Below are positions 12,801 to 28,224 of a stretch of 64,000 nucleotides of DNA, piece after piece. Position 1 is the stretch's first letter. Each line of letters starts with the position of its first letter. The translations under genes and the position numbers were made by a program. Origin of the DNA: Eledone cirrhosa (lineage: Eukaryota); assembly GCA_964016885.1 (NCBI GenBank), contig OZ024741.1:313224001-313288000 (forward strand). Direction: 5' to 3'. The notes under the pieces were generated by a model. It was not told the DNA's origin and ran no database searches. It was given only the letters and a program-made list of their open reading frames with translations.

Positions 12801-13556
12801 CTTGCTTCCAGTGCTTTCTGTTCTTCCTTTGAACAGTTGTCTACTGGCCTCTCTGCGCTCGGTTCTCCTTCGGAAGGTGATTTCGCTTTTCACCTTTACC
12901 TTTTGCTTGTTTGTTGCCTGGCCTGCCCTTCCTGACTTTGGCGGAGGGTATCTCATTCTCTTTCAGACCCGGGCTTGTGCTCTCCCCTTTTTCTTTTTCC
13001 TTCTCCTCTCCCTTCTCTTCGGTTTTCTCCTCCTTGAGGAGACGGCTTAGCGTCGCCATATGTGGCGCTATGAGGACATACGCCTTCTCACATTCTTTTC
13101 TCTTTCTCTCTATTTTGTCAGGGTCCTCAGAAACCCATGGCTTTTCAGGTTCTCCGCCATCTTTTTGCTTAGTGGAGAGCCATCAGCCATGGTCCATCCC
13201 TTGATTAAAACCGCTAGTTCCATCTTTGACCAGTTTCGCTGATTCCTAATTTTACCTTTTTCCTGTATGCAGTCCATTTCGCTGTGGATGGAAGAAAGAG
13301 AAATAGTGGGAAGTGTGGGGTAGAGGTTAGAGAGCGACAGAGGGAGATATAAGTCCAGTGAGACATTTAAGGAGCGATTTAGAGGAAAAGAGATAGAGAG
13401 CCTGTGCAATCTAGAGAGAGAGAAAAAGAAAAAGAAACAAGAAAAGAAAGGGGGGAGAGACAGATGAGAGGAGCGAGTGAGATAGTGGGAAGAGTGTGGG
13501 GAGAGGGGGAAGGTTAGAGAAGAGATAGAAAAGTCCTGTGATAAATTCAAGGTGCG

Positions 13557-13560
<4 letters not shown>
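9844..13560 (-). mobile_element. Degraded CR1/L2-group LINE: ORF1 with CCCH-like motif, ORF2 APE + RT; 3' truncated
   Basis: APE motifs (LTET, HGGVALY, IYRPP, LLGDFNLP) and RT motifs (NYRPVSL, QHGFRPGRSC, DVIYLDF, SGVTQGTILGPLLF, YADDTK). ORF1 carries CKFFKNRTCWHGETGMGCRFAHP. Confidence 0.88.
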
Positions 13561-13610
<50 letters not shown>

Positions 13611-13800
13611 TAAAATAACAGCTTAAAGTTTAAGCAAATGAGTCTTCAAATTTAGTATTATTACTATATATATCCATACATATATGTATACAGACGTACA
13701 GTAGCATGCACATACATATATGCAAATAGGGCTGCTCAGCCGTTAATTTTCATGAGGAAAGTATATACTTTCGAACGTTCAACTATCTGGCAGATGGGTA

Positions 13801-13845
13801 AACGGTGCTGATGATAGCTAACAAGCTTGAAACTAGTACATCGTT
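13801..13845 (+). ncRNA. Minimal type I hammerhead, family B
   Basis: AACGGTG-CTGATGA-TAGCTAACAAGCTT-GAAAC-TA-GTA-CATCGTT. Confidence 0.88.
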
Positions 13846-14009
13846 CCTGTGTCAGTGTTGAACAAAAAGGTGACGGGGTTGCCTTAACACCGTATGGCAT
13901 AAATTCAGGCTGTTCAGTTTGTTTACAAATGAACAAAGCGACGTTATAATAAGCGCCGCTAAACTGATACGTGCATATATGTATGTGTACCTGTATGCAT
14001 ATGTATATA

Positions 14010-14042
<33 letters not shown>

Positions 14043-14282
14043 GTGCATGCTACTGTACGTCTGTATACATATATGTATGTACGTATACATGCATACTTAC
14101 ATTTAAGTAAGTGCCATACTAAGAGTGAGAAATGAAATTTCGTTTTCATTTTGTTTCAATTTATCGTTTTCGGTATGCCTGACCGATTTAACTCACTCAA
14201 TATGCAAATTATGCTGCTCAGCCGTTAATTTTCATAAGGAAAGTATATACTTTCGAACGTTCAACTATCTGGCAGATGGGTA

Positions 14283-14327
14283 AACGGTGCTGATGATAGC
14301 TAACAAGCTTGAAACTAGTACATCGTT
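14283..14327 (+). ncRNA. Minimal type I hammerhead, family B
   Basis: Identical to 13801-13845. Confidence 0.88.
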
Positions 14328-14640
14328 CCTGTGTCAGTGTTGAACAAAAAGGTGACGTGGTTGCCTTAACACCGTATGGCATAAATTCAGACTGTTCAGT
14401 TTGTTTACAAATGAACAAAGCGACGTTATAATAAGCGCCGCTAAACTGATACGTGCATATATGTATGTGTACATGTATGCATATGTATATATATATGTTT
14501 ATATATATATATATGTGCATGCTACTGTACGTCTGTATACATATATGTATGTACGCATACATGCATACTTACATTTAAGTAAGTGCCATACTAAGAGTGA
14601 GAAATGAAATTTCGTTTTCATTTTGTTTCAACTATATATA

Positions 14641-15290
14641 TCTATATATATAAAGCTGTGGTTGTCTGTCTGTCTATCGATTTTTGGCACACATCTCCTC
14701 TTAGAATCTCTGACGGAATTGCACTGAAATTGCTATACTTGTACATTGAGCCCTAGCGAAGACATCGGAAAAAAAATATTTCAAATTGACCCACCCTATG
14801 TGACGAAATCGAATCTAATGTATCGATTTTTGAGCGCAAGTGACGAGTTATTTCCCTTTGTTCTGTTTACATGAGCGTCTTAGGTTCTGTTTACATTTTC
14901 TGCGTGCAAAAATTAAAAAAATTACGCTGGCTTTCTCAGCGTTTAAAATGACATTAACACAATACACGAACAGTTGTCGAGCCAGCAAAATTTTGACCTG
15001 CAAAATTCATCAGTTCGAATACTAAGCTTCCGTTTTGCTTCATTTCCATTTAAAAGCCTTTTAAAACAATATTTTTACTTGAAAACAAGTCTATTTAAAG
15101 ACTACGTAAAACAAGCAAATATTTCGTAAAAAAAGCAAAAATTATATAAGTTTATTTAAAATCTGTAAATTTCGTTAGGCGTGCAGACAGACAGTCGTGC
15201 AGACAGACTTTAAGCCAAAAAAGAAACTTAACATTGTAACTTTAACACATCTACTGAGCGACCCCGAGCAACGCCGGGCTTTACTGCTAG
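14641..15290 (+). mobile_element. Non-autonomous Helitron
   Basis: Starts with TC after a host A and ends with CTAG before a host T. GC-rich subterminal hairpin CCCG-AGCAACGC-CGGG at 15263-15278. No ORF. Confidence 0.8.
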
Positions 15291-15294
15291 TATA

Positions 15295-15812
15295 TAATAA
15301 AGTAAAAAAAATAAGTCAAATGTTTAAAATTTAGCTTCGTTTATTACTGCTATATATATTTCGGTGACAGCCATCTTTGGCTCTGACCTCTTCAGCCAGT
15401 CCGAATTAGTGTGGTATAGACAAGTACATATGTTGTTGAGGTGTATAATTTTGTGAATACTCTGATATGCCCAGTTCCTGGTTGGGTTGTTATTACAGTG
15501 AGGAACTGGAATCATATCAAATAACAACCCAACCAGGAACTGGGCATATCAGAGTATTGACAAAATTATACACCTCAACAACATATGTCTATACCACACT
15601 AATTCGGACTGCCAGAAGAGGTCAGAGCCAAAGATGGCTGTCACCGAAATATATATAGCAGTAATAAACGAAGCTAAATTTTAAACATTTGACTTATATA
15701 TTTTACTTTATTTTACATTACACCGGATTAATCAAACCAACCTGCGCACTTCATCGAGTGCTCCAGCCTGCATACTGAGGTGTTGGTATACAACCAACAT
15801 ATACTCAAAATC
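15295..15812. mobile_element. Fold-back (~200-bp arms) pLTR-like element with a hammerhead in each arm (family F) plus a 100-bp tail
   Basis: 15295-15494 is the inverse of 15520-15712. Motif ACTG(C/G)-C(T/A)GAAGA-GGT..ACC-GAAA-TATATA-TA-GCAGT at 15346-15400(-) and 15608-15662(+). Confidence 0.75.
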
Positions 15813-15951
<139 letters not shown>

Positions 15952-16479
15952 TTATATATATATACATATATATAAATATACATAAAGAGATTTATGTATA
16001 TACCGTATATGCCGGTATAAAAGCTGTTCCACTACATAGGTCAGCCCATCAAATTTTGTGGTGTAATTCCGGTTGACGCTTATATACGCCGGTTGTGAAG
16101 ACACGCCAAATATAAGGCATTACTATCTCCCCAACCGTAGATATGCTTGCCGTTGTTTATTTGCAGCAAATCGAAAACATGGAAATAAACTCTAAATTGT
16201 TGTAAAATAAAAAGGCATGTGAGGAAAGTACAATTTGTAAAATTTATTTTACAGTTAACAAAATGATTTAACTGAACTGTTTTATTAGTAAACAACATGC
16301 TACCACACCGTCACTTAATATGCGCGAATTTTAAAAGCCTAAATATTTCTAATCCATGGCGATATATTTTTATTTCGACCTGTTTTGTTTCGTGGGGAAA
16401 TTACCGTAGTTTTTCGGATAGTTTCGATAATTCAGTGAATCAGAAAACCATTAATATTATAACTATAATATTAATAATA

Positions 16480-16668
16480 ATCGTTTCTACGTTAGGCACA
16501 AGGCCAGCAATTACCCAGTGCATTACTGCTACTTTATTTTATCGACCCCGTAAGGATGAAAGGCAAAGTTAACCTTGGCGGGATTTGAACTTGGAATGGC
16601 AAGGACCGTAACTCTATACGTCAAAGCATGGCGTCCGAAGCTCTACCAATACTGCCAATACACCGCCC
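16480..16668 (-). mobile_element. tRNA-derived SINE
   Basis: Reverse-strand head GGGCGGTGTATTGGCAGTATTGGTAGAGC (A box), GTTCAAATCC (B box) and central GCCTTTCATCCTTACGGGGTCGATAAAAT. Confidence 0.65.
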
Positions 16669-16899
16669 TGTAATATTAATAATAATATTATATATATATA
16701 TGTATGTAAGTATGAATGTATGTATGTATGTGTGTGTATGTGTGTATGTATGCATTTATATATATATATAAATGATTTAACTGAACTGTTTTTTAGTAAA
16801 CAACATGCTACCACACCGTCACTTGATACGCGGGAATTTTAAAAACCTAAATATTCCTAATCCATGGCGATATATTTTTACTGTCGACCTATTTTGTAT

Positions 16900-17508
16900 G
16901 TCAGGTCACCAGTTGGTGCTACTGGTAACATGTATCCCAGTACAACCTGTCTCATGGTCGGGTCATTTGCGACTAAACTGTCAACCCTACCAAGGTTTCT
17001 TGGTGAGGAGGGTGACTTTGGACATCCTGCAGGACTAAAAACAAAACCTGTCAAAGGCCAAAGGAGCTCTTAAGAGTCAATGGCCATCCAAAATCACCGA
17101 GAGAGATGACCCCTTAGCCTTTGTCAAGACAGAATTCTAGGAGAAGGAAAACTCTGATATAACACCTGCAACCCTGATGGTATCCAATGATGTTGACTTG
17201 TTCTTCTTTTTGGTAAATATCATCTTGGTTAAGAGAGTGGGACTGGCTTTGTGCAGTGCCTTTGCTCACTATAAAAGCTTCACGGCACAGGCAGTGCTTT
17301 ATATCTGCAGATCTCTCTGCACTTGTCGTCACATTGTACCATGGGCCCAGCACTATGTGTCAATAATTGTCACAAGTGTAGTGTTTGTACCAGAGTTTTC
17401 AAGTCACTGGCTGGACTAAAAAGTCACACTTGTTCAGCGCATCGGTAGGGGTTCTCCTACATGGATATAAAGTAGTGGCCGTACTCGAAAACGAGTTGGC
17501 AGCCACCA
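16900..17508 (+). mobile_element. ~610-bp non-autonomous RTE-derived (bipartite) element, copy 1
   Basis: Five copies in the window. The 3' part encodes CSVCTRVFKSLAGLKSHTCSAH* (C2H2-like). Ends GAGTTGGCAGCCACCA followed by microsatellite. Confidence 0.65.
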
Positions 17509-17589
17509 TATATATATATATATACACTCTATCTTTTATATATATATTTATCCATGTGTGTGTGTGTGTGTTTATTATATATATATATG

Positions 17590-17635
<46 letters not shown>

Positions 17636-17769
17636 CGTAAATGTGTCTGAATGTATGTATGTGTGTATGTATGCATTTATATATACACAATATATATTAT
17701 ACATATATATATATATGTGTGTGTATGTGTGTGTGTGTGTTTATTTAAATGTAAGATATCGGATATACG

Positions 17770-17902
17770 TGCCGAGTAGGAAAGTGTGGTGCTGCTTGTA
17801 AAGGGCCATGCCATCGTATCAACAACATTAAATTTGACAAGCGAAATGGAAGATTTTCAGATTGACGTTGGGAAGGTTATAATGGTGACAATTGCCAACA
17901 AG
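17770..17902 (+). pseudogene. Decayed EGF-like exon copy
   Basis: CRVGKCGAACKGPCHRINNIKFDKRNGRFSD*RWEGYNGDNCQQ: in-frame TGA, four Cys lost, acceptor missing. Confidence 0.8.
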
Positions 17903-17964
17903 TATATCAAAAACTTGTTACCTATTTACGATATACACACACGCACGCACACGCACACACACGC

Positions 17965-18000
<36 letters not shown>

Positions 18001-18040
18001 ACACATACACACACACACACGCACACACGCACGCACACAC

Positions 18041-18082
<42 letters not shown>

Positions 18083-18350
18083 GTGTGTGTGTGTGTGTTT
18101 GTGTGTGTGTTTGTGTGTGTGTTCGTGTGCGCGTGTGTGTGTTTGTGTGTGTAATTATGATGTTTCATATAGCAATCATCCAAAGAAATCATCAGTCAAA
18201 TGCTTTCCGATGATTGGTGTTGAATGTAATAGTTCTATTATCGTAGACGCCATGACTATATTAAACGTGATATTTTCATCCTACAATTATATTTTGATCC
18301 ATGGTTATTTGCGATTCAAACCGGGATTAATATAAATATAAATAAATGTA

Positions 18351-18415
<65 letters not shown>

Positions 18416-18491
18416 CGAAGGAAATGTGGTAAGGAACCAGGTGGACCATAACGCACCAAAGTACTCAATACTTGAGGTAGTAGAGTGGGTA

Positions 18492-18604
18492 ATAGGAACC
18501 AGTAAGACCCCGACAGCTGAGCTCAAGCCGTTTCGACGGCTAATTCTGGAGTCCAGAATTAGCCGATAAACGGCTTGAGCTCAGCTGTCGGGGTCTTACT
18601 GGTT

Positions 18605-18609
<5 letters not shown>
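18492..18609. repeat. Near-perfect 118-bp palindrome between (TA)n tracts
   Basis: ATAGGAACCAGTAAGACCCCGACAGCTGAGCTCAAGCCGTTT..CGGCTAATTCTGG mirrored around ~18551. Confidence 0.9.
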
Positions 18610-18661
<52 letters not shown>

Positions 18662-18795
18662 ATATTTGGGGAGGGTCATATTTGCGTAATATTGCCAGAA
18701 TTAATAACAGAACACACTCACTGTTTGGTTGGTTTTCGCTTCTCGCTGTCTTTTATATCTGCGATCTAACTTACTCGGTCCTCAATTCATCGCCG

Positions 18796-18893
<98 letters not shown>

Positions 18894-19158
18894 TCATATG
18901 TATACATATTTAGAAAACACTGTCTTGATAGAGACCAGAGTCAGATACGATGAACGTGGGGATTTACCCGACCTCACCTCTGCTAGAATCCTCTAGAAGG
19001 CTCTTATTTAATCTGTTTCCATTCATAGATGAAGGCATTCAATCGTTTATTATTACACATAATCATACCGCATATTGCTAGATATACGAACTACACATAC
19101 TTATATGTATGAAGCTATGTTGAAGTCAACATTTTAACTTTCTCTCTTTCGTGTTATC

Positions 19159-19393
<235 letters not shown>

Positions 19394-19397
19394 TATA

Positions 19398-21500
<2,103 letters not shown>

Positions 21501-22130
21501 ATATATATAGAGATAGATAGTTTTATAGCTTATATGCCGTTGTAAATGTTGATCTTGTGCAAACGTTGCCCCATCTAATTTCGGGTGTAAATCAAGTTTA
21601 GGCCTATATACGCCGATTTAGACGATACCCCAGGTATAAGGCATTAACATCACCTCAGCCGTAGATATGCTCGCCGTTGTTTATTTGCACAAAATATAAA
21701 AGATTGAAATAAGCACAAAATAGTTCTGAAAAAAAAATGCAGGGAAAAGACGTACTATTAGTAAAATTTATTTTACAGTTAACAAAATGATTTTAACGGA
21801 ACTGTTTTATTAGTAAACAACATGCTGCCATACCGTTATTGGATATGCGGTAATTTAAAAAAACTAAATATGCCTTATCCGCTGTGTATAAGTATTAAAT
21901 GGTGATATATTTGTCTGTATGTGTGTGTGTGTTTATTTAAATGTAAATATGTCGCAAATACATATCGTAACAACAGATACAATATGGTGTAAATTTGAAG
22001 GTTTATATATGTTATATTTCTTATGATATTGTTTGTTTCTTTCATAATGTTATATATATATATATATTATATGTATATATGTATGTATGTATTATGTATG
22101 TATGTATGTATGTATGTATGTATGTATTAT

Positions 22131-23226
22131 GTCAGGTCACCGGTTGGTGCTACTGGTAACATGTATCCCAGTACAACCTGTCTCATGGTCGGGTCATTGG
22201 CGACTGAATTGGCAACACCACCAAGGTTTCTTGGTGAGGAGGGTGACTTTGGATATCGTGCAGGACTAAAAACAAATCCTGTCAAAGTGCAAAGGAGCTC
22301 TTAGGAATCAATGGCCATCCAAAATCACCGGGAAAGATGATCCCTTAGCCTTTGTCAAGGCAGAATTTTAGGAGAAGGAAAACTCTGATATAACACCTGC
22401 AACCCTGATGGTATCCAATGGTGTTGACTTATTCTTCTTTTTGGTAAATATCATCTTGGTTAAGAGAGTGGGACTGGCTTTGTGCAATGCCTTTGCTCAC
22501 TATAAAAGCATCACGGCACAGGCATTGCTTTATATCTGGAGATATCTCTGCACTTGTCATCACATGGTGCCATGGTCCCAGCACTATGTGTCAATGGTTG
22601 TCACAGGTGTAGTGTTTGTACCAGAGTTTTCAAGTCTCTGGCTGGACTAAAAAGTCACACTCGTTCAGCGCATCGGTAGGGGTTCTCCTACATGGATATA
22701 AAGTAGTCGCCGTACACGAAAACGAGTTGGCAGCCACCATGTATATACATTATATGTATGTATATATATCAAAGGGCAAAGGAGCTCTTAAGAGTCAATG
22801 GTCATCCAAAATCACCGGGAGAGATGACCCCTTAGCCTTTGTGAAGGCAGAATTCTAGGAGAAGGAAAACTCTGATATAGCACCTGCAACCCTTATGGTA
22901 TCCAATGATGTTGACTTGTTCTTCTTTTTGGTAAATATCAACTTGGTTAAGAGAGTGGGACTGGCTTTTTGCAGTGCCTTTTCTAACTATAAAAGCTTCA
23001 CGGCACAGGCATTGCTTTATATCTGGAGATCTCTCTGCACTTGTCATCACATTGTACCATGGGCCCAGCACTATGTGTCAATAATTGTCACAAGTGTAGT
23101 GTTTGTACCAGAGTTTTCAAGTCACTGGCTGGACTAAAAAGTCAAACTTTTTCAGCGCATCTGTAGGGGTTCTCCTACATGGATATAAAGTAGTGACCGT
23201 ACTAGAAAACGAGTTGGCAGCCACCA
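22131..23226 (+). mobile_element. Tandem pair of the ~610-bp RTE-derived element (22131-22739 full; 22769-23226 5'-truncated)
   Basis: High similarity to 16900-17508. Flanked by (TATG)n. Confidence 0.7.
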
Positions 23227-23340
23227 TGTATGTATGTATGTATGTATGTATGTATGTATGTATGTATGTATGTATGTATGTATGTATGTATGTATGTATG
23301 TATGTATGTATATGTGTTTGTGTATGTGTGTATGTGTGCA

Positions 23341-23391
<51 letters not shown>

Positions 23392-23636
23392 TATACATTA
23401 TATATATGTAAAAGGTAAACAGGAATAACAAAACAATCGTATATGGAAGGGATATATTAGTTTAACGCTTGATATAACAGGAAGAGGGTCTCAGCGCTAT
23501 GGACGGTAGTCCTTCATCAGAAGAAAGAACGAGGAATAGATTGTGTGGGCGGGTGGGTTGTAATTGGAAAAAATGTCTTTAGATGAAAAAACAGGTTCAC
23601 TTAAGTTGACATCTCTTGCAGTGTGTGTGTGTGTGC

Positions 23637-23733
<97 letters not shown>

Positions 23734-23888
23734 TGTGTGCGTGTATGTGTGTGCGTGTGTGTGTGTGTGTGTGTGTGGCTGAATATAGCCAGTCTGCTGA
23801 TATGCAAATCAGGCCGATCAGTGACTGCGTGTTTTTGAAAATAGCATATATTTTAACTAGCTCTGACAGTCTGAGAGGTGAACAGTGA

Positions 23889-23934
23889 GTTGTACTGATG
23901 AAGGGTGATACCCAGAAACATTAGTGCCTGCAGT
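23889..23934 (+). ncRNA. Degenerate hammerhead motif, family H
   Basis: GTTGTA-CTGATGA-A GGGT GAT ACCC A-GAAA-CATTAGTG-CC-TGCAGT. The conserved U16.1 is replaced by C. Confidence 0.5.
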
Positions 23935-24103
23935 TCTGTTCGCATACCAACACAACAGCAAGAGTGAATGGTTCATTCTACTGACATGGCTATAAAATTG
24001 GGAGTTGTTTGCATAATTGCAAACGAATCGAATGTTATTATTAATATTCGAAAATCTCAGATTACATTCATTGCATTGAGCCATGTAGAGCGAGAATTGT
24101 CTT

Positions 24104-24138
<35 letters not shown>

Positions 24139-24347
24139 CATAAATCATGTCTTTAGAATCATAAGATAAAATATATACTATTTCTTCTTCTAATTACCAT
24201 AATTAACCATATAAAAAATCAATTAGATCAAGCTATAAGAAGAAAGGCTCTGATTTTTTGATTTTTTAATTTATTAATTCTTCATAGAGCTTAAAAGTGA
24301 CCAGTTGCAACATATATATATCTATAACTTTATGTATATGTTAACCT

Positions 24348-24400
<53 letters not shown>

Positions 24401-24608
24401 CACATATATAATAATAATAAGGATACCATTTATAGTTATGTATATACTATATACAACTATAAACAGGAAAGGTCAGTGATTAATTACTACCTTATTACCA
24501 GTAAGAAAAATAGCTCAATGTAAATACATCATATGTTTTACAGAGCAGGAATATAAACTACACAATATTCAGCAATTAAATGATTGATTTGAACATAACT
24601 TTGATTAT

Positions 24609-26314
24609 CACCGTGTCACAAAAAAAAAAATGTTTCCTCTGTTCCTGGCTTGTAATCACTTTTTTGTGTTGCTTAAATCCCAAATAAATAAAAAAGTGTT
24701 ATTAAACAGTTAAAATTTTGGGTTTGTAAAAATTCTAAACTATTCCCTAGAATTATTTGTTTGTTAGTTTAATTTGCTTATGTTAAATGATTTGTTTATA
24801 TATGTTTCAGGTTAAATTAAAATTATAAAATAAAGAGTAATACCTAAAGAAAATTATAAAAGTGCACTAAAGTATGAAATTTTTAAAAACTGGATTAAAG
24901 AAATTTATTGATACTGGATTTTTGCATCCTGAATAAAGTGTAAGTTGTGTTATAAGCATTCGTCTCCAGGATGAAGCAGTGGAACTTGGTCAAGGAGGAA
25001 GTGCAGGTGACATGTCAGAGAAGTCGACACGAAACTTTCTCAGGCTTTTACACTCTTAGGGATGGCCTCTGCTTCTGCCATGACGTTCCTGGACTGTTTG
25101 ACGTTATTGAGGTGCCGTTTGTGCCCAAGGAGTGGCGGCTATTTATAGACATCTCCACCACAAGTTTCAAGGCTGTCCTCCTCCACAATGGAAACAAGAA
25201 CCCGACACTGCCCTAGCTCATTCAGTCTGCCTGAAGGAAGATTACTACATTGTGAACGTCCTCTTGGAAGCTCTGCAATACAACCAGTACAATTGAGAAA
25301 TCATTGGAGACTTCAAGATGGTGGCTTTCCTGTTTGGACTCCAAGGAGGCTTTAGCAAATTCCAATGCTTCCTCTGCCTTTGGGACAGCAGGGCAACCTC
25401 TAACACTACGAAAGAAAGAACTGGGAGCAGCGAACAGAATTTGTAGTTGGGACCCGGAACGTCATGTGGGAGTCACTGGTTGATCCCAGGATTGTGCTCA
25501 TGCCACCACTGCACATTAATTTGTGGTTGATGAAGCAGTTTGTGAAGGTTCTCAACCAAGAATCAGCCGCTTTTTAGTACCTTCTTGATTTCTTCCGCAA
25601 GTTATCTGCGGCCAAAATCAAAGGTGGAATTTTTGTTGGACCTCAGATAAAGAAGGTGTTTGAGTCTATCGAGTTCTCCAAAGAGTTCAATAGGATTGAG
25701 AGAACAGCATGGAACTGTTTCAAGGCAGTTGTTAAGGGCTTCCTGGGCAACTACAGAGCTGAAAACTACCAGCAACTGGTGCAGGATCTGATAAAGGCTT
25801 TTGGCGCCATGGGGTGCAGGATGTCGCTTAAACTCCATATGATGGACGCTCACCTGGACAAATTCAAGGACAATATGGGTATCTACTCAGAAGAACAAGG
25901 CGAAGGGTTCCACTAACATGTGAAAGATATTGAGCGGAGGTACCAGAGACAAAACAATGAAAAAATTATGGTGGACTATATCTGGGGGCTAGTGCTGGAA
26001 TGCGACCTGGACTACAACCGCAAATACAGGAAATCCAGTCATTTCTGACGTGTATAAGTTGCTTTTGTTTTTACTTGTTTGCTTATGATAAGCTTGTAAT
26101 AAAATAAATATATACTCTGTCGATTTAATTATATGAAGTGATAACTGGAAAAAAAAAAGTTTTTTTCTTGAAAAATATGAAAATTTCGAAATATCAAACT
26201 TTTGAGTACAAACCCAAACTTCTTCATAAATAATAGTGTTGTTTTATAATAAGGGGATATATCAAACTAGGAAATAATAGTAACAACTGGGGAACAAAAC
26301 TATCTTACACGGTG
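24609..26314 (+). mobile_element. Chapaev-like (CMC superfamily) DNA transposon relic; transposase pseudogene at ~24960-26048
   Basis: Termini CACCGTGT...ACACGGTG with TTAT on both flanks. Transposase motifs WRLFID..KAVLLHNGN, GLQGG, CFLCLWDSR, PPLHI, GIFVGPQI, MSLKLH and SEEQGEGFH. Confidence 0.75.
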
Positions 26315-26341
26315 TTATTGTGTAATTTATATTGTGTAATT

Positions 26342-26373
<32 letters not shown>

Positions 26374-26917
26374 AATACATTTATATATATACCGTATATG
26401 CCGGCGTCAAAGTTGTTCCGCTTGCCGTTGTTTATTTGCACAAAATATATAACGTGGAAATAAACACTATATAGTTGTAAAATAAAAATGCATGTCAAGA
26501 AAGTATAATTTGTAAAATCTCTTTTTCAGTTAACAAAATGTTAAACAACATGCTACCACAGCGTGACTTGATATCTATGTGTGTGTGTATGGCAGTGTAT
26601 GTTTATTTAAATGTAAGAATGTCGCAATTATATATCGTAGTAACTGGGGGAATATGGTAATATTTGGAAAGATTATATACGTTATTTTTCTTATAATATT
26701 GTTTGTTTCTTTCATAATGTTTCCAACATTGCATTTATGTGAACTAAAAATCCATGTATGTTTTATAGAGGATCGATATAATATTCAATAAATCTACAAC
26801 TTCATTGATTTATCACACGACCACGTTAATCATGAAAGTTGGTATCAGATTGTATCATTGATATATGTATGTAATTAATGATATCTTCAGCATTATCATA
26901 TATATTGATATTTTTAG

Positions 26918-27052
26918 AATGCCGAGTAGGAAAGCTTGGTGTTGCTTGTAAAGGGACCTGCCATTGTATCAACAACACGAACTGCGGCAAGCGAAATGGA
27001 ACATATTCAGGGGGATGTTCTGCTGGTTATACTGGTGTGAATTGCCAAGAGG
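26918..27052 (+). CDS. 135-bp phase 1-1 exon, EGF/laminin-EGF-like module (one Cys replaced by Tyr)
   Basis: tttttag|(E)[44 protein letters not shown]|gtatct. Open frame with 7 of 8 Cys. Confidence 0.6.
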
Positions 27053-27163
27053 GTATCTCATAAAATTGCTACGTACATACTATATAAACACACACACGCA
27101 CATGCACACACAAACACACACATACACGCACACACACACAGATATACTTATATTTATATATAC

Positions 27164-27276
<113 letters not shown>

Positions 27277-27298
27277 GTATACATATATATATATATAA

Positions 27299-27500
27299 AC
27301 GGAAAAAATGAAACGATATTACATTTCCCACTCTTAGTACGGCTGTTACTTAAATATAAGTATGTACACGTACATACATATATGTATACCGACGTACAAT
27401 AGTATGTATATATATACATACATATATATATATATATACATAAATACATCTATATATATACATACATATATGTATACCGACGTACAGTAGTATGTATATA
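27299..27500 (-). repeat. Diverged 3' fragment of repeat family B (no hammerhead retained)
   Basis: Reverse strand TTTAAGTAACAGCCGTACTAAGAGTGGGAAATGTAATATCGTTTCATTTT resembles the family B 3' end. Confidence 0.6.
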
Positions 27501-28166
27501 TATACATACATACATATATATATATATATACATAAATACATCTATATATATACGGTATATGCCTGTGTAAAAGTTGATCCATTGCATATGTCGACCCAGT
27601 AAATTTTGTGGTGTAATTCAGGTTTAGCATATATGCTTCGGTTGAGACTACATCCCTGGTATAAGGCATTACCATCTCCCCAGCCGTAGATATGCTTGCC
27701 GTTGTTTATTTGCATAAAATAGAAAACATTAAAATAAACACTAAATAGTTGTAAAATAAAAATGCATTTGAATAAAGTACAATTTGCAAAACTTATTTTT
27801 CAGTTAACAAAATAATTTAACTGAACTGTTTTATTAGTAAACAACATGCTACCTCACCGTCACTTGATACGCGTTAATTTAAAAAAACCCTAAATATTCC
27901 TTATCCACTGTGCATTACATGGCGATATATTTTTAATTTCGACCTGTTTTGTTTCGGGGGGGAAATTACAGTAGTTTTTTCGATAGTTTATATAATTTTG
28001 TGAATCAATATACCATTAATATTATAACTAGGATATTAATACAAATATTATATATATATATCTATGTATATATGTATGTATGTACGTATGTAAATGTGTA
28101 TGTATGTGTGTAAATATGCATTTATATATATACAGTATATATTATATATATATATGTGCGTGGGTG

Positions 28167-28224
<58 letters not shown>

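Larger units (their letters stand above)
13676..14632 (+). mobile_element. Hammerhead-bearing repeat family B, array 2 (~1.9 units, 482-bp period) with a short inverted 5' piece
   Basis: Two hammerheads 482 bp apart. 13676-13711 is the reverse complement of the internal TGCATGCTACTGTACGTCTGTATACATATATG segment. Confidence 0.85.

Noticed and set aside
17377-17448. Host C2H2 zinc-finger gene exon
   Set aside because: A single finger embedded in a five-copy dispersed element with no linker array, better explained as a LINE C-terminal remnant.
23488-23525. Hammerhead on the minus strand (CTGATGA-AGGAC TACC GTCC)
   Set aside because: The GAAA half of the core is replaced by ATAG, so it is a relic at best.
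24971-26048. Conserved uncharacterised host protein gene
   Set aside because: Stops and frameshifts plus enclosing terminal inverted repeats indicate a dead transposase.
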